Source of the DNA: Candidatus Woesebacteria bacterium RBG_13_46_13
GTDB lineage: Bacteria; Patescibacteriota; Microgenomatia; UBA8517
Direction of reading: 5' to 3'
Assembly: GCA_001791995.1 (NCBI GenBank)
Contig: MGFR01000001.1
Location: 14,880-78,879 of the forward strand
Length of the DNA: 64,000 bases
Part shown: positions 9,572 through 18,079 of the stretch, piece after piece
How positions within the stretch are numbered: the first letter of the stretch is position 1
Layout of the letters: every line of letters starts with the position of its first letter
Notes under the pieces: model-generated
What the model saw: the letters and a program-made list of their open reading frames with translations, nothing else
The model's database searches: none
What the model was told of the DNA's origin: nothing
Program-made: the position numbers and the translations under genes

Positions 9572-11704
9572 ATGACCAACCTGACCACCCTACTTCTTAG
9601 GCTTCCCCGTAATATCGAAGTCACACCGGAGGCCGCGCAAACCTTCCTCTCCGCCCTGACCCAGATTAACGGAGTTTCCTTTTTTCAAAGAATAACCGGG
9701 ACTTCTTCTCAGCCTCTTTCTCTCGAAATTGCCCTTATCAACCAACAAATCCAGTTTCTGATTACCTGCGATACGGAGCTGGTTCCGTTTGTTACCACCC
9801 AGATTCAATCCAACTACCCACTGGTAATCACCGAGAAAGTCCAGGACCCGATTGCCCAAAGGCAATTGTTTGTTACCAACCTGACTCTCAGAAACGGCAG
9901 CTATTACCCTTTGGCAACCTACGCCAACTTCACCGACATCGACCCTTTGGCCTCCATTCTTTCAGTTTTATCCAAAAGCAACCCCGACGATGTGGCAATA
10001 GTCCAGGTCGCACTGGAATCCACTTCCTCTTCTTGGCAATCGGCAGGAGCCTCTTTTGCCGAAAAAGGCAGGAAAAACGAGGATGGAACATATGCCCCAA
10101 GGCAGGACCAAAACGTAATTAAAGAGAAGATTTCTTACCCAGGCTTCAAGGTCTCCATTAGGGTTGCTGCCAATACGAATGAAACCCGAAAGGAGATGGT
10201 TTCCGCTTTCGGTGTTTTTTCCAGGGCAGACGGGAATTCTTTTAAGGCCAAGGGTTCTCCCCTGTTTAATAAGTCCGCCCTTTACCAAAATCTTTTCTCC
10301 CGAAAGGTTACCGACAATCAAATTTTAAACATCGTCGAGCTGGCAACTATCTGGCACCTTCCTTCCGACAAAATCAAAACACCAACTATAGCTTGGGGCC
10401 AGGCGGTTCTATCCGAACCTCCTGAAAACCTGCCGGTTGCCCTGGATGCCAACGAAGAGGAGAAAAAGCATATCAACTTCTTCGCCAAGACGCTTTACAA
10501 AAACCACGAAACGATTTTCGGAATTAAAGACATCGACAGAAGAAGACACATTTGGACAATCGGAAAAACGGGTACGGGTAAGTCTACCCTAATTGCCAAC
10601 ATGGCCATCGACGATTTGAAAAAGGGCCGGGGTTTGGCAGTCATTGACCCGCACGGAGACCTTTGCGAGATCATCCTGGACTACATTCCCAAAAGCAGGA
10701 TAGCTGATGTGGTCTACTTTAACCCGGCGGATAAGGATTACCCCATTGTCATCAACCCCCTGGAGGTCACCAACAAGGAGGAGGCGGAACTGGTGGTTTC
10801 AGGAATAGTTTCCATTTTTAACAAGATCTTCGGTTTCTCCTGGGGGCCAAGACTCGAGTACATCTTGAGAAACTCTTTAATGACCCTGGCCGAGATGCCC
10901 GATTCCACCTTAAAAGACGTGCCGCTTCTTCTTACCGACAGGGGCTTTAGAACCCGAGCCGTGGAAACCATCAATGATACGGTGCTGAAAGACTACTGGA
11001 CCTACGAATTTAACAAAATGACGGAAAAGCTGCAGCAGGAAGCCATTGCCCCGATCTTAAATAAAGTCGGGCAGTTTGTGACTTCCCCTTTAATCAGGAG
11101 CGTCATCGGCTCCCCCAAAAGCACGATTCAACTCGATGATGTTATGAACGGAGGCAAAATCCTTTTGGCCAACCTTTCCCAGGGACGCTTGGGAGAGGAT
11201 AACGCGGCCCTTTTAGGAGCAATGCTGATTACCAAACTCCAACTCGCCGCCATGCACCGGGTAGATATGCCGGAGGAACAAAGGCGGGATTTCTATCTTT
11301 ACGTCGACGAGTTCCAAAACTTTGCCACCGGGAGCTTTATCAAGATCATGTCCGAAGCCAGAAAGTACCGCTTAAACATTATGCTGGCGAATCAATACAT
11401 GGCCCAAATTCCCGAAGAGGTCCAAAAGGCAATTTTGGGAAATGCCGGGACAATAGTTTCGTTTGCGGTCGGGGCCTCCGACGGAGAAATTCTTTACAAA
11501 GAGTTTGCGGAGGTCTTCTCCCAAAACGATTTGGTCAATCTTTCCAATTACCAGGTCGCCATCAAAATGACCATCGACGGCTTAACTACCCGGCCGTATC
11601 TTGCCCATACCCTACCCCTGCCGATCTCCATCAACCAAAACAGGGAGAAGGTCATCCGTATCTCGCGCGAGCGCTGGAGCAAGAAGCTCGCAGGCAACCT
11701 ATAA
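9572..11704 (+). CDS. VirD4/TraD/TrwB-like (FtsK-HerA superfamily) P-loop ATPase, a type IV coupling-protein-like protein. Copy 1, with no N-terminal TM.
   Basis: Walker A IGKTGTGKST, then DPHGDL, Walker B FYLYVDEFQNF, and ANQ motifs. 710 aa. It aligns along its whole length with the ORF at 46725..49049 but lacks that ORF's roughly 35-aa N-terminal TM segment. Confidence 0.85.
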   Translation: MTNLTTLLLRLPRNIEVTPEAAQTFLSALTQINGVSFFQRITGTSSQPLSLEIALINQQIQFLITCDTELVPFVTTQIQSNYPLVITEKVQDPIAQRQLFVTNLTLRNGSYYPLATYANFTDIDPLASILSVLSKSNPDDVAIVQVALESTSSSWQSAGASFAEKGRKNEDGTYAPRQDQNVIKEKISYPGFKVSIRVAANTNETRKEMVSAFGVFSRADGNSFKAKGSPLFNKSALYQNLFSRKVTDNQILNIVELATIWHLPSDKIKTPTIAWGQAVLSEPPENLPVALDANEEEKKHINFFAKTLYKNHETIFGIKDIDRRRHIWTIGKTGTGKSTLIANMAIDDLKKGRGLAVIDPHGDLCEIILDYIPKSRIADVVYFNPADKDYPIVINPLEVTNKEEAELVVSGIVSIFNKIFGFSWGPRLEYILRNSLMTLAEMPDSTLKDVPLLLTDRGFRTRAVETINDTVLKDYWTYEFNKMTEKLQQEAIAPILNKVGQFVTSPLIRSVIGSPKSTIQLDDVMNGGKILLANLSQGRLGEDNAALLGAMLITKLQLAAMHRVDMPEEQRRDFYLYVDEFQNFATGSFIKIMSEARKYRLNIMLANQYMAQIPEEVQKAILGNAGTIVSFAVGASDGEILYKEFAEVFSQNDLVNLSNYQVAIKMTIDGLTTRPYLAHTLPLPISINQNREKVIRISRERWSKKLAGNL

Positions 11705-11706
11705 TC

Positions 11707-11734
11707 TTGCAATCCTTGCATTCTGTGGTATAAT
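11707..11734 (+). promoter_or_regulatory. Sigma70-like promoter TTGCAA-N16-TATAAT upstream of the GC-rich gene, with a 5' UTR of about 240 nt.
   Basis: TTGCAA at 11707-11712, a 16-nt spacer, and TATAAT at 11729-11734. Confidence 0.5.
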
Positions 11735-11799
11735 ATCGCAGTTCCCAATTGGCCCTTAAGCGGGCTTCAGATATGGGGTTTTTAGGTTCCTAGTACATT

Positions 11800-11815
11800 A
11801 ACAACGGGAGAACAA
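11800..11815. repeat. Left copy of a perfect 16-bp inverted repeat, AACAACGGGAGAACAA.
   Basis: It is the exact reverse complement of 13224-13239. It lies in the 5' UTR of the GC-rich gene. Confidence 0.6.
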
Positions 11816-11977
11816 AAACAAACGCCATCCCTGGCGATAATCAGGGAAACGCACGGTTTGCCTTAGACGGAGAAGTCTCTTGAGACTGCTAGCATGCAAA
11901 TCTCATGAGGAGCAGTCTCCCAAGGAGATCTATCCGCCAAGGGCAATCCTATTTCAAACGCACAACGGAGGTGCACA

Positions 11978-13159
11978 ATGAAAGGTCGCGGAATCAAGCT
12001 TCTGGCTTTGTTCGCGATCCTCGTTTTGGCTCTCGGCGCCACCGGCGCGGCCTTCGCGGCCCCGCCTCCGGCACCGAACGCCACCGGTCAGGACCAGGTC
12101 TGTCCGCACGACACGGATGGTTGGTCGTCCCATCAGGATCCCGGAACCTTCGGGGCTGTTGAGGGCGCTACCAACTACTGCGTCAAGGGCGGCAGTGAGC
12201 AGTCCGAATGCACCGGCTACCTCGAGATCGGCTCCTTCGAGTTTGTCTCGGGGATCCTCGGCGCTGAAGGCGCCTGCGGCCTTTCCCACTGGTCCTACCA
12301 GATGGAAGATGAGCCGGAGGTGGCCAGCGTTAGCGTCGACCCCGGCTCGTGTTACTGGGATGGCGCGTCCTACACGGACGTCGTCGTCGACATGACCGGC
12401 GCCGGCACGCTGACCATCACCGGGCCTGGCGGGCCGTACACCCGAACGGGTGACGACACGCTGACCTTGGGACCCGGCAGCTACAGCTGGACTTTCGTTC
12501 CGGCCGAGGGCTACGAACTTGAAGGACCCGGCTCGGGTTCCTTCGAAGTCGGGACGTGTGAACCCGAAACGGATCCCGCCTCGGTGAGTGTCGAACTCGG
12601 AACCTGCCGCTGGAGCGAGCAGTCAGGGTCTCAGACCCCACTGTCTTTCACCATCAGCGGCGAGGGCACGTTCTCGATCAACGGTTCCGACTACACCTCC
12701 GACGACGAGATCCTGCTCACGCCGGGAACCTACGGCTGGACTTTCGTTCCGGCCGAGGGGTATCACCTGGTTGGGCCGGGCTCCGGGAGCGTCGAAGTGC
12801 TCTCTTGTGAGCCTCCGCCTCCTGGCGGGGCATCGGGTTCGTTTGCGCTGTACTGCGGTGGCGGGATCAACGTCGCCCTGTCCAATGCCCAGCTCACGAT
12901 CGACGACCTGGACCCGATCCTCGAGAACGGGTCGTACGGGCTGAGCCTCGGTGAGCACACCTTCCTCTGGGAGGCTTTGCAGGGGTTTGAATTCCCTGAG
13001 GGCTTCCTGCTGCGAGGCGTCTTCACCATCGTCCCGTGCGGACCGCCCGACGAGCCGCCTACCGGCCCCGAAGGAGCTCTTCCCATCGCGGAAGGACTCG
13101 CTTTCCTGGCCTTCAGCGGCCTTGGAGCGCTCGGCATCCGGCGCATGAAGAAGCACTAG
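11978..13159 (+). CDS. Secreted Cys-rich repeat protein. Strongly GC-rich and compositionally foreign.
   Basis: 393 aa with signal peptide MKGRGIKLLALFAILVLALGATGAAFA. Two copies of a module of about 75 aa (PGSYSWTFVPAEGYELEGPGSGSFEVGTCEP / PGTYGWTFVPAEGYHLVGPGSGSVEVLSCEP). C-terminus is LPIAEGLAFLAFSGLGALGIRRMKKH, a hydrophobic helix plus a basic tail. Codon usage is dominated by GCC/GGC/CCG, with GC roughly 60-65% by eye. RBS is GGAGG. Confidence 0.8.
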   Translation: MKGRGIKLLALFAILVLALGATGAAFAAPPPAPNATGQDQVCPHDTDGWSSHQDPGTFGAVEGATNYCVKGGSEQSECTGYLEIGSFEFVSGILGAEGACGLSHWSYQMEDEPEVASVSVDPGSCYWDGASYTDVVVDMTGAGTLTITGPGGPYTRTGDDTLTLGPGSYSWTFVPAEGYELEGPGSGSFEVGTCEPETDPASVSVELGTCRWSEQSGSQTPLSFTISGEGTFSINGSDYTSDDEILLTPGTYGWTFVPAEGYHLVGPGSGSVEVLSCEPPPPGGASGSFALYCGGGINVALSNAQLTIDDLDPILENGSYGLSLGEHTFLWEALQGFEFPEGFLLRGVFTIVPCGPPDEPPTGPEGALPIAEGLAFLAFSGLGALGIRRMKKH

Positions 13160-13177
13160 CTTCTCTCTGCCGCCCAA

Positions 13178-13220
13178 CTGAGGGGCACCTGCACCTTTTG
13201 GTGCCCCTCAGTTTCAGTTT
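13178..13220 (+). terminator. Rho-independent terminator of the GC-rich gene.
   Basis: Perfect 12-bp stem CTGAGGGGCACC / GGTGCCCCTCAG with a 10-nt loop, followed by TTTCAGTTTC. Confidence 0.7.
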
Positions 13221-13223
13221 CTC

Positions 13224-13239
13224 TTGTTCTCCCGTTGTT
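13224..13239. repeat. Right copy of the 16-bp inverted repeat, TTGTTCTCCCGTTGTT.
   Basis: Reverse complement of 11800-11815. It lies immediately after the terminator. Confidence 0.6.
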
Positions 13240-13262
13240 CTACTTCATCTGCTAAAATAACC

Positions 13263-14267
13263 ATGAAAGAACAAAAACCAATTCATATGTCCGAACAGAA
13301 TAAATCATCCCTCGATTCTTGGCGCAGCAAACCCGCCGAGACCCCCAAACCCAAACTCTCAAGAAGAGGTTTTCTCAAAGGCGCCGTTTTGGGCGGAATC
13401 GGTCTCGGAGGAGCAGTCTATTCGGGTTTGAAGTTTTTGGAAGGATTGGGGCTTGAGCTGCCGCATAACTCCTTCGAACAAGAGCTACAGGCTCTTCCCA
13501 GGGAAGCTACGCCTACCCCCTTTCAGCCACGGGAGACCACTCCCGCGTCTTCGACTCAAACTCCTGAAGCAACGCCTGAACCATCCCCTACTCCGGAGGC
13601 CATCAATTATTGGGCTTTTGCCAAGGCGGATTTTTCCGATTCCGAACACTTAATTGACATGATGATTACCCTGAGGGATTCTTCCAGCCTTTTGGTTCCA
13701 TCCTTCATCCCCATCTCCTGGCATGATGGTCTTCAGCTAAGCGTAGATTTTGATCGGAGAAGAAATACCGGCCTTACCTATCTTGACGAGGACAGACGAA
13801 AAATACTTAATTTACACTCAGGAAGAGAAGGACCTTTGCACTCCGGCTACACCATGTGGGAAACCCAACTGGCTATTGAAACGGATGGACGGGGCAATAG
13901 AATTTATCCTGCCCAAGCCGACGAAAAACTTAGAACCCAGTTTATGGGAGCGGATGTCTTAATAAGACAAACCGAGGCAGGACTTGCCAAGATAGTAGCC
14001 GCGGTCAGGGTCCCCCCCAGCCTGGTCTACGAATCCACCCAGCACGTCTATGAAGAAACAGACCCTTCAGGTAGTGTCACCAACGAAGGGATAATCCCCT
14101 GGCTGGCAGCCAACTTCCCGGACAGCGGATTTGCGGATGTTGTCAACGACCGGGAGGTTTTAATTATTAAATTCTGCGGCAGAATCTTAAGCGGAGAGCG
14201 GGAGGATACCAGAATCGATTCGCCTTATCAGCAGGCACGCTTCTTCTTTGCCCTAAAGCAAAGTTAA
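13263..14267 (+). CDS. Hypothetical exported protein with a twin-arginine (Tat)-type signal, a PT-rich linker, and a C-terminal domain of about 200 aa.
   Basis: The track ORF is 13224..14267; the likely start is the ATG at 13263 (MKEQKP...). Signal SRRGFLKGAVLGGIGLGGAVYS matches S-R-R-x-F-L-K. The linker is rich in P/T/E. Confidence 0.7.
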   Translation: MKEQKPIHMSEQNKSSLDSWRSKPAETPKPKLSRRGFLKGAVLGGIGLGGAVYSGLKFLEGLGLELPHNSFEQELQALPREATPTPFQPRETTPASSTQTPEATPEPSPTPEAINYWAFAKADFSDSEHLIDMMITLRDSSSLLVPSFIPISWHDGLQLSVDFDRRRNTGLTYLDEDRRKILNLHSGREGPLHSGYTMWETQLAIETDGRGNRIYPAQADEKLRTQFMGADVLIRQTEAGLAKIVAAVRVPPSLVYESTQHVYEETDPSGSVTNEGIIPWLAANFPDSGFADVVNDREVLIIKFCGRILSGEREDTRIDSPYQQARFFFALKQS

Positions 14268-14281
14268 CTTATTTTCCCACT

Positions 14282-14312
14282 AAAAAACCACCTCATTAAA
14301 GGGTGGTTTTTT
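14282..14312. terminator. Bidirectional intrinsic terminator. It ends the plus-strand CDS and lies about 100 nt beyond the 16S 3' end on the minus strand.
   Basis: AAAAAACCACC-TCATTAAAG-GGTGGTTTTTT, with A-tract and T-tract on either side. Confidence 0.7.
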
Positions 14313-14411
14313 GTTGTCTTTGACGACCAGGAAATGACTAGGAGGAAGCCCGTTTTCTTAACAGTGAAACGGCGAATTTAAAACTGGGGTGTAAAATACC
14401 ACACTCCTTAG

Positions 14412-15869
14412 AAAGGAGGTGATCCATCCGCACCTTCCAGTACGGATACCTTGTTACGACTTAATCTTCATCGCTGGTGTCACCTTCTGCCCGAACATCG
14501 GACATTCGGGTGCCCCCAACTTTGCTGACTTGACGGGCGGTGTGTACAAGACCTGAGAACGTATTCACCGCGACATAGCTGATTCGCGATTACTACCAAT
14601 TCCGCGTTCATGAGGGCGAGTTGCAGCCCTCAATCCCTACTGAGAAGCCGTTTGATGGGATTAGCTCCGTGTTACCACTTGGCAACCCATTGTCGGCTTC
14701 ATTGTAGCATGTGTGTTGCCCCGGACATAAGGGCCATGCTGACTTGACGTCGTCCCCACTTCCTCCTCGCAAAGCGAGGCTGTACCATATGAATATTCAA
14801 CATATGGAAGGGGTTGCGCTCGTTACCCCACTGAAGGGAACACCCCACGGCACGAGCTGACGACAGCCATGCAACACCTGTGCTATCATCCTTACGGATC
14901 GGTCTCCGTTTCTGGAGACTTAAACGATAGCATGTCAAACCCGGGTAAGGTCCTTCGGTTCGTCTCGAATTAAACCACATGCTCCACTGGTTGTGCAGGT
15001 CCCCGTCAATTCCTTTGAGTTTTAAGCTTGCGCTCGTACTCCCCAGGCGGCTCGCTTAACGCGTTAGCTTACGGAACCCCCGATAAATCGAGGATCCCTA
15101 GCGAGCAAAGTTTACGGCTAGGACTACAGGGGTCTCTAATCCCTTTCGCTCCCCTAGCTGTCGTTCCTCAGCGTCAAAGATTCCCTAGCTACTTGCCTTC
15201 GCCCTTGGTGTTCCTCTCGATATCAACGGATTTCACCCCTACACCGAGAGTTCCAGTAGCCCCGAGAACTTTCAATCTAAGTAGTATTACACCCCTTCCC
15301 AAGGTTAAGCCCTGGTCTTTGAAGTGTAACTTACCTAGTCGCCTACGAAACGCTTTACGCCCAGTAAATCCGGATAACGCTTGCACCCTCTGTATTACCG
15401 CGGCTGCTGGCACAGAGTTAGCAGGTGCTGATTCTCCAAGCTCATTGGTGCTTGGCAAAAGAGGTTTACAACCCGAAGGCCTTCATCCCTCACGCGGCGT
15501 CGCGGCGTCAGACTTTCGTCCATTGCGCACGATTCCCAGTTGCTGCCACCCGTAGGTGTATGGGCCGTGTCTCAGTCCCATTCTGGGGGGTCACGCTCTC
15601 ACGTCCCCTACCCGTCATAGCCTTGGTAGGCCATTACCCTACCAACAAGCTGATGGGAGATAGGCTCATCCCTCGGTGCGCAGTTACGCGCTTTCTCCTT
15701 GCGGACTTATGCGGTATTAGCCCGTCTTTCGACGGGGTATTCCCCGCCAAGGGGTAGATTCCTATCTTATACTCAGCCGTTCGCAACTTGCCTCTTGCGA
15801 GGCCCGTTTTACTTGCATGCTTAAAGCACGCCGCCAGCGTTCATCCTGGACCAGGATCAAATCCTCAAA
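14412..15869 (-). rRNA. rrs: 16S rRNA, about 1.46 kb, no intron apparent
   Basis: Minus-strand 5' end GAGGATTTGATCCTGGTCCAGGATGAACGCTGGCGGCGTGC. The 3' end is ...GTAACAAGGTATCCGTACTGGAAGGTGCGGATGGATCACCTCCTTTC. Confidence 0.95.
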
Positions 15870-16201
15870 TTGTGACGGAAGGAAAACCACACGAACGTGG
15901 CTCTCCCGTCCTATATAAAGCACTCCTAGTCATTTCCTGATTGCCGAATATTAGCATTCGGTCCCGCATGGCTCCCGTTAGAGCCTGGTGGGATCAAGAA
16001 ATATTAATTGCTGTCTTTAATTGTTAAGGTTCAAGCTAAAAGTAACAGGAAACAAGCTATAAGTAGGCAGAAAAGACGAAAAATCAAACTAATGAAAATA
16101 AACTAAGCCTTTCTTTACTTGTAACTTGTTGCCTAATACTTTTAAGGTCCTGAAGTTGTTACCCTAAAGGGAAGTTAACCTCTACTGAAGAAAATTTTGA
16201 C

Positions 16202-16226
16202 TAAAAAACCCACCGGATGGTGGGTT
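16202..16226 (-). terminator. Intrinsic terminator ending the minus-strand kinase/small-ORF transcript, upstream of the 16S promoter region.
   Basis: Minus strand AACCCACC-ATCC-GGTGGGTT followed by TTTTAG. Confidence 0.6.
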
Positions 16227-16330
16227 GCTCGACTGCCTTTCGGCCCATCTGGTCAAACTTTTCTCATCTGTGGAGCTATCATATCCCAATTTTTGCTCCT
16301 CGTCAATGCCCTTCCTTTGTCAAATTTCTC

Positions 16331-16528
16331 TTAGGCGGCTTTTTTAAGAGGTTGTTCTTGAATAGAAGCAGTTGGGGCCATCGGTTCCAGAAGTTTTTGC
16401 GTCTGTCTTCTTGCTTCCTCGGGCGGGAATTTCATCTCCAGAGCCTCCTCCATCAGTAACTGCTCGACACGACGATAGGCCTCAATTTCCCTATTGCCCA
16501 TCGGACTCTCAACCATATCCTCACTCAA
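16331..16528 (-). CDS. Hypothetical small acidic protein, 65 aa.
   Basis: An ORF between the kinase gene and a terminator. No recognisable motif. Confidence 0.3.
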   Translation of the reverse strand: MSEDMVESPMGNREIEAYRRVEQLLMEEALEMKFPPEEARRQTQKLLEPMAPTASIQEQPLKKAA

Positions 16529-16576
16529 TCGTTGCTCTAAACAAGGTATAAGTCAAGTTTCCCCAAAGAGGAAGAG

Positions 16577-17185
16577 TTAGCGACGCTCGCTCCCCCGCCT
16601 GCGGCGGGAGCCCTCTTTACTGGCCACTATGGTTTCTTTGAGAATCTTTCTTAAGTTATCCATTAAATCATCGGCCGTTCCTTCGTTCGTTATCACATAA
16701 TTGGCCATTTCAAGACAACCCGTCACGTTTATTTTCGAGGGATCGCTGCATTTTTCGGTTTCGCGCCTGTCCATGGCCAAAAAATCCTCCCAGCTTTTGG
16801 GTTCACCCTCCCTGGCTCTTGCCAAGACACGCTTAAATCTTGCCTCGGGAGAGGCTGTAACTCCAATAATTATTGCCCCCAGATGGCTTCTGAGAAGTTC
16901 TATCTCGGCGGGATTCCTGATACTATCTATTACTACTTTTGTTTGGGAAGAGATGTCCACTTTCTCCCCTGTTCGTATCGCCAAGACCCCATCTCCGAAT
17001 TCTTTTCTTAGCTCATCACCCATATCCTGGAGGCTCTCGCGGTTTATCGGAAGACCTCTTTTTTTGAGTTCCTCCCGGATTACATCCGAGAGCGAATAAT
17101 ATTCAAATCCAAGATCTTTTAAGATCTGTCCAACGCTACCTTTACCGCTGGCAATGGGACCTACCAAACCAAAAACTTGGCGCAT
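16577..17185 (-). CDS. P-loop nucleotide/nucleoside kinase-like protein (dephospho-CoA kinase / NMP kinase fold).
   Basis: Walker A GLVGPIASGKGSV at the N-terminus. 202 aa with a basic C-terminal tail. Confidence 0.7.
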   Translation of the reverse strand: MRQVFGLVGPIASGKGSVGQILKDLGFEYYSLSDVIREELKKRGLPINRESLQDMGDELRKEFGDGVLAIRTGEKVDISSQTKVVIDSIRNPAEIELLRSHLGAIIIGVTASPEARFKRVLARAREGEPKSWEDFLAMDRRETEKCSDPSKINVTGCLEMANYVITNEGTADDLMDNLRKILKETIVASKEGSRRRRGSERR

Positions 17186-17190
17186 GAGGA

Positions 17191-17409
17191 TTATTCTACC
17201 ACAGGGCTAGGATGCCCGGGGGCTACATTGGCAGAAATTCTATCAAGCCTACGCGAGACTCTTTCTAAATCCCTACTTCCCCTGACCGGCCTGATGCTTT
17301 CTCGTAAGCTAGCGGCAACCGAAGATAGCTCGCCTGCAATTTTCTGAAGCCTTCCTTCCACCAAAGACAATCTGCTTCCAATTTCTTGTGCTTCGTGTCT
17401 TTCGTGCAT
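17191..17409 (-). CDS. Hypothetical small coiled-coil protein of about 72 aa, translationally coupled to the upstream gene.
   Basis: Its ATG overlaps the stop of 17409..17651 in a TAATG arrangement. The track lists a longer ORF, 17191..17607, that would overlap the upstream gene. Confidence 0.35.
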   Translation of the reverse strand: MHERHEAQEIGSRLSLVEGRLQKIAGELSSVAASLRESIRPVRGSRDLERVSRRLDRISANVAPGHPSPVVE

Positions 17410-17651
17410 TACTTCTTGCCTTTTTTTTGGAAAAAGGCAAGGTAAATGATCGGGAGGATCCCTACGCTGTTGACGATCAACAGCGCCAGAAACCACCCTT
17501 TCTGTGCTTTTCTGGCGGATTTCCAAAGCGCCATCCCCCTCCAAACGAGGTCCCAGAGGATGACGGGAACCATTACCCACCAGAAATAAAAGGGCATATT
17601 CGCCCAATTATTGTAATTCATGGCCCAAAACATAAATATATTATAGAACAA
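17409..17651 (-). CDS. Small membrane protein, PLDc_N-like (cardiolipin synthase N-terminal-like) family.
   Basis: 80 aa with two TM segments and the W-rich motif WDLVWRGMALWKSARK. Confidence 0.6.
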   Translation of the reverse strand: MFYNIFMFWAMNYNNWANMPFYFWWVMVPVILWDLVWRGMALWKSARKAQKGWFLALLIVNSVGILPIIYLAFFQKKGKK

Positions 17652-17659
17652 GAAGGATA

Positions 17660-17720
17660 AAAAAGAGAAGCCCTGGAGAGATTCGACGAGTTGCGTGTCG
17701 AAATTTCCCTCTCCAGGGCG
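17660..17720 (-). terminator. Strong intrinsic terminator at the end of the GC-rich non-coding region.
   Basis: 11-bp perfect stem (plus 17671-17681 with 17710-17720) and a 28-nt loop. On the minus strand it is followed by CTTCTCTTTTTTATCC. Confidence 0.6.
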
Positions 17721-18072
17721 GAAACAATGGTGGTCGCCAGGGCGATATCGGGGTCTTTTTCAACGGGGGCTGGCGGTTTTGCCACCTACGAACTACGCTT
17801 CCTGCGGCCTTGCATCTCCCGCGAAGGGTTTCGACTAGGCACCGCGTTGGCGCCAATGTCGAGCATAAGCCGCGACTGACCCGGCGGTGTATTTCTTGTG
17901 CCAGATCTTGCCTTATCCGCGCAGACCCGATGTCAAACCACGAATGTGCTGCTTCCCCGCAGCAGACGGAATGGCCCCTCGGTAACTCCCGTGTCGCCCT
18001 GACGACCCCGAGAAACCAGCAAGAATTATGTAAGCTTCTCGGGGGCGTCAGTTAAACAACAAAATCAATGTG
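17660..18072 (-). ncRNA. Candidate structured non-coding RNA of about 410 nt, GC-rich, identity unresolved.
   Basis: There is no credible ORF in any frame. GC is roughly 60% against a mid-40s background. On the minus strand there is a near-consensus promoter TTGACA-N16-TAAAAT (plus 18080-18107). Then multiple GC-rich hairpins, for example TGCTGC-GGGGAA-GCAGCA and CCCGAGAA...TTCTCGGG. It ends in an 11-bp perfect stem GCCCTGGAGAG/CTCTCCAGGGC followed by TTCTCTTTTTT. Confidence 0.4.
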
Positions 18073-18079
18073 CGCAATT

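Noticed and set aside
11978-13159. PEP-CTERM/exosortase or canonical LPXTG sorting signal at the C-terminus of the GC-rich protein.
   Set aside because: There is no true PEP tripeptide, and LPIAEG deviates from LPXTG. I report it only as a sorting-like TM-plus-basic tail.
14699-15757. Track ORFs within the 16S rRNA, for example 15028..15555 and 15425..15757.
   Set aside because: They overlap conserved 16S sequence. Not coding.
17660-18072. Assignment of the GC-rich non-coding region as tmRNA or RNase P RNA.
   Set aside because: I searched both strands by eye. For RNase P I looked for P4 strands (AGGAAAGUCCGGGC / ACAGAACCCGGCUUA) and AGGGUGAAA. For tmRNA I looked for the GGGG 5' end, a tag ORF ending in AA-stop, and a T-arm-ACCA 3' end. 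None is convincingly present, so I left it unassigned and did not name it.
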